A DNA stretch of 63,559 nucleotides, counting the filler, from Octopus bimaculoides (Eukaryota): assembly GCF_001194135.2 (NCBI RefSeq). It is 5 parts of 5 records of this genome, joined end to end, with 100 filler letters (N's around TTAATTAATTAA, not from the genome) between each part and the next. Parts side by side here need not be neighbours in the genome. Positions count along the whole stretch, not along the records: positions 34,647 to 63,559 come from NC_068992.1; 4 more parts are not named here. The stretch is one strand, 5' to 3'. Positions 63,456 to 63,559 of this stretch are shown piece after piece. The notes beneath the pieces were generated by a model. It did not search any database. It had not been told where the DNA came from and saw only the letters and a list, made by a program, of their open reading frames with translations. Numbering within the stretch: the first letter of the stretch is position 1; each line of letters begins with the position of its first letter. The translations under genes were made by a program, and so were the position numbers.

Positions 63456-63528
63456 TGGCCAGCCATGAGACTCGAACTCACATCTCTGTGATTACGCGTC
63501 AAGTGTTTTACCATTACACTAAACTGCC
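63456..63528 (-). pseudogene. tRNA-like sequence (possible CGT anticodon); pseudogene or SINE head
   Basis: GGCAGTTTAGTGTAATGGTAAAACAC...GTGAGTTCGAGTCTCAT: D-arm and T-arm fold, but acceptor and anticodon stems are defective. Confidence 0.5.
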
Positions 63529-63559
63529 AAGCAACGAATTCTTCTGCAATTTTAGAACT

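Overview
AT-rich, microsatellite- and gap-riddled eukaryotic genomic DNA. The SINE families and repeat landscape look cephalopod, probably Octopus (inference). Spliced genes seen on the + strand: (1) the first three coding exons of an unconventional myosin (13725-18350; SH3-like N-terminus plus start of the motor domain), with no later exons found in the window; (2) an apparently intact 4-exon gene for a 262-aa two-Ig-domain protein with a signal peptide and a GPI-type C-terminus (22566-26398). From about 41 to 58 kb the + strand carries scattered LRR, LRR-CT, TM and TIR-like motifs, consistent with two or three heavily decayed Toll-like receptor pseudogenes. The remainder is mostly transposon debris: a Helitron split by a hAT-Charlie MITE, Penelope-like GIY-YIG fragments, a Gypsy 3' LTR, RTE, R4-type and Tc1/mariner fragments, several tRNA-derived SINE families and foldback MITEs. 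The most striking non-coding signal is a ~480-bp, highly structured element with 89-bp direct repeats (50272-50749) carrying a minimal type I hammerhead ribozyme motif, i.e. retrozyme/Penelope-pLTR-like. A second, mutated minimal hammerhead lies at 30510-30546 (-), near a pre-miRNA-like hairpin (30295-30360). Assembly artefacts include TTAATTAATTAA spacers inside N gaps and an Illumina adapter remnant. All calls are from manual reading; no searches or folding programs were run.
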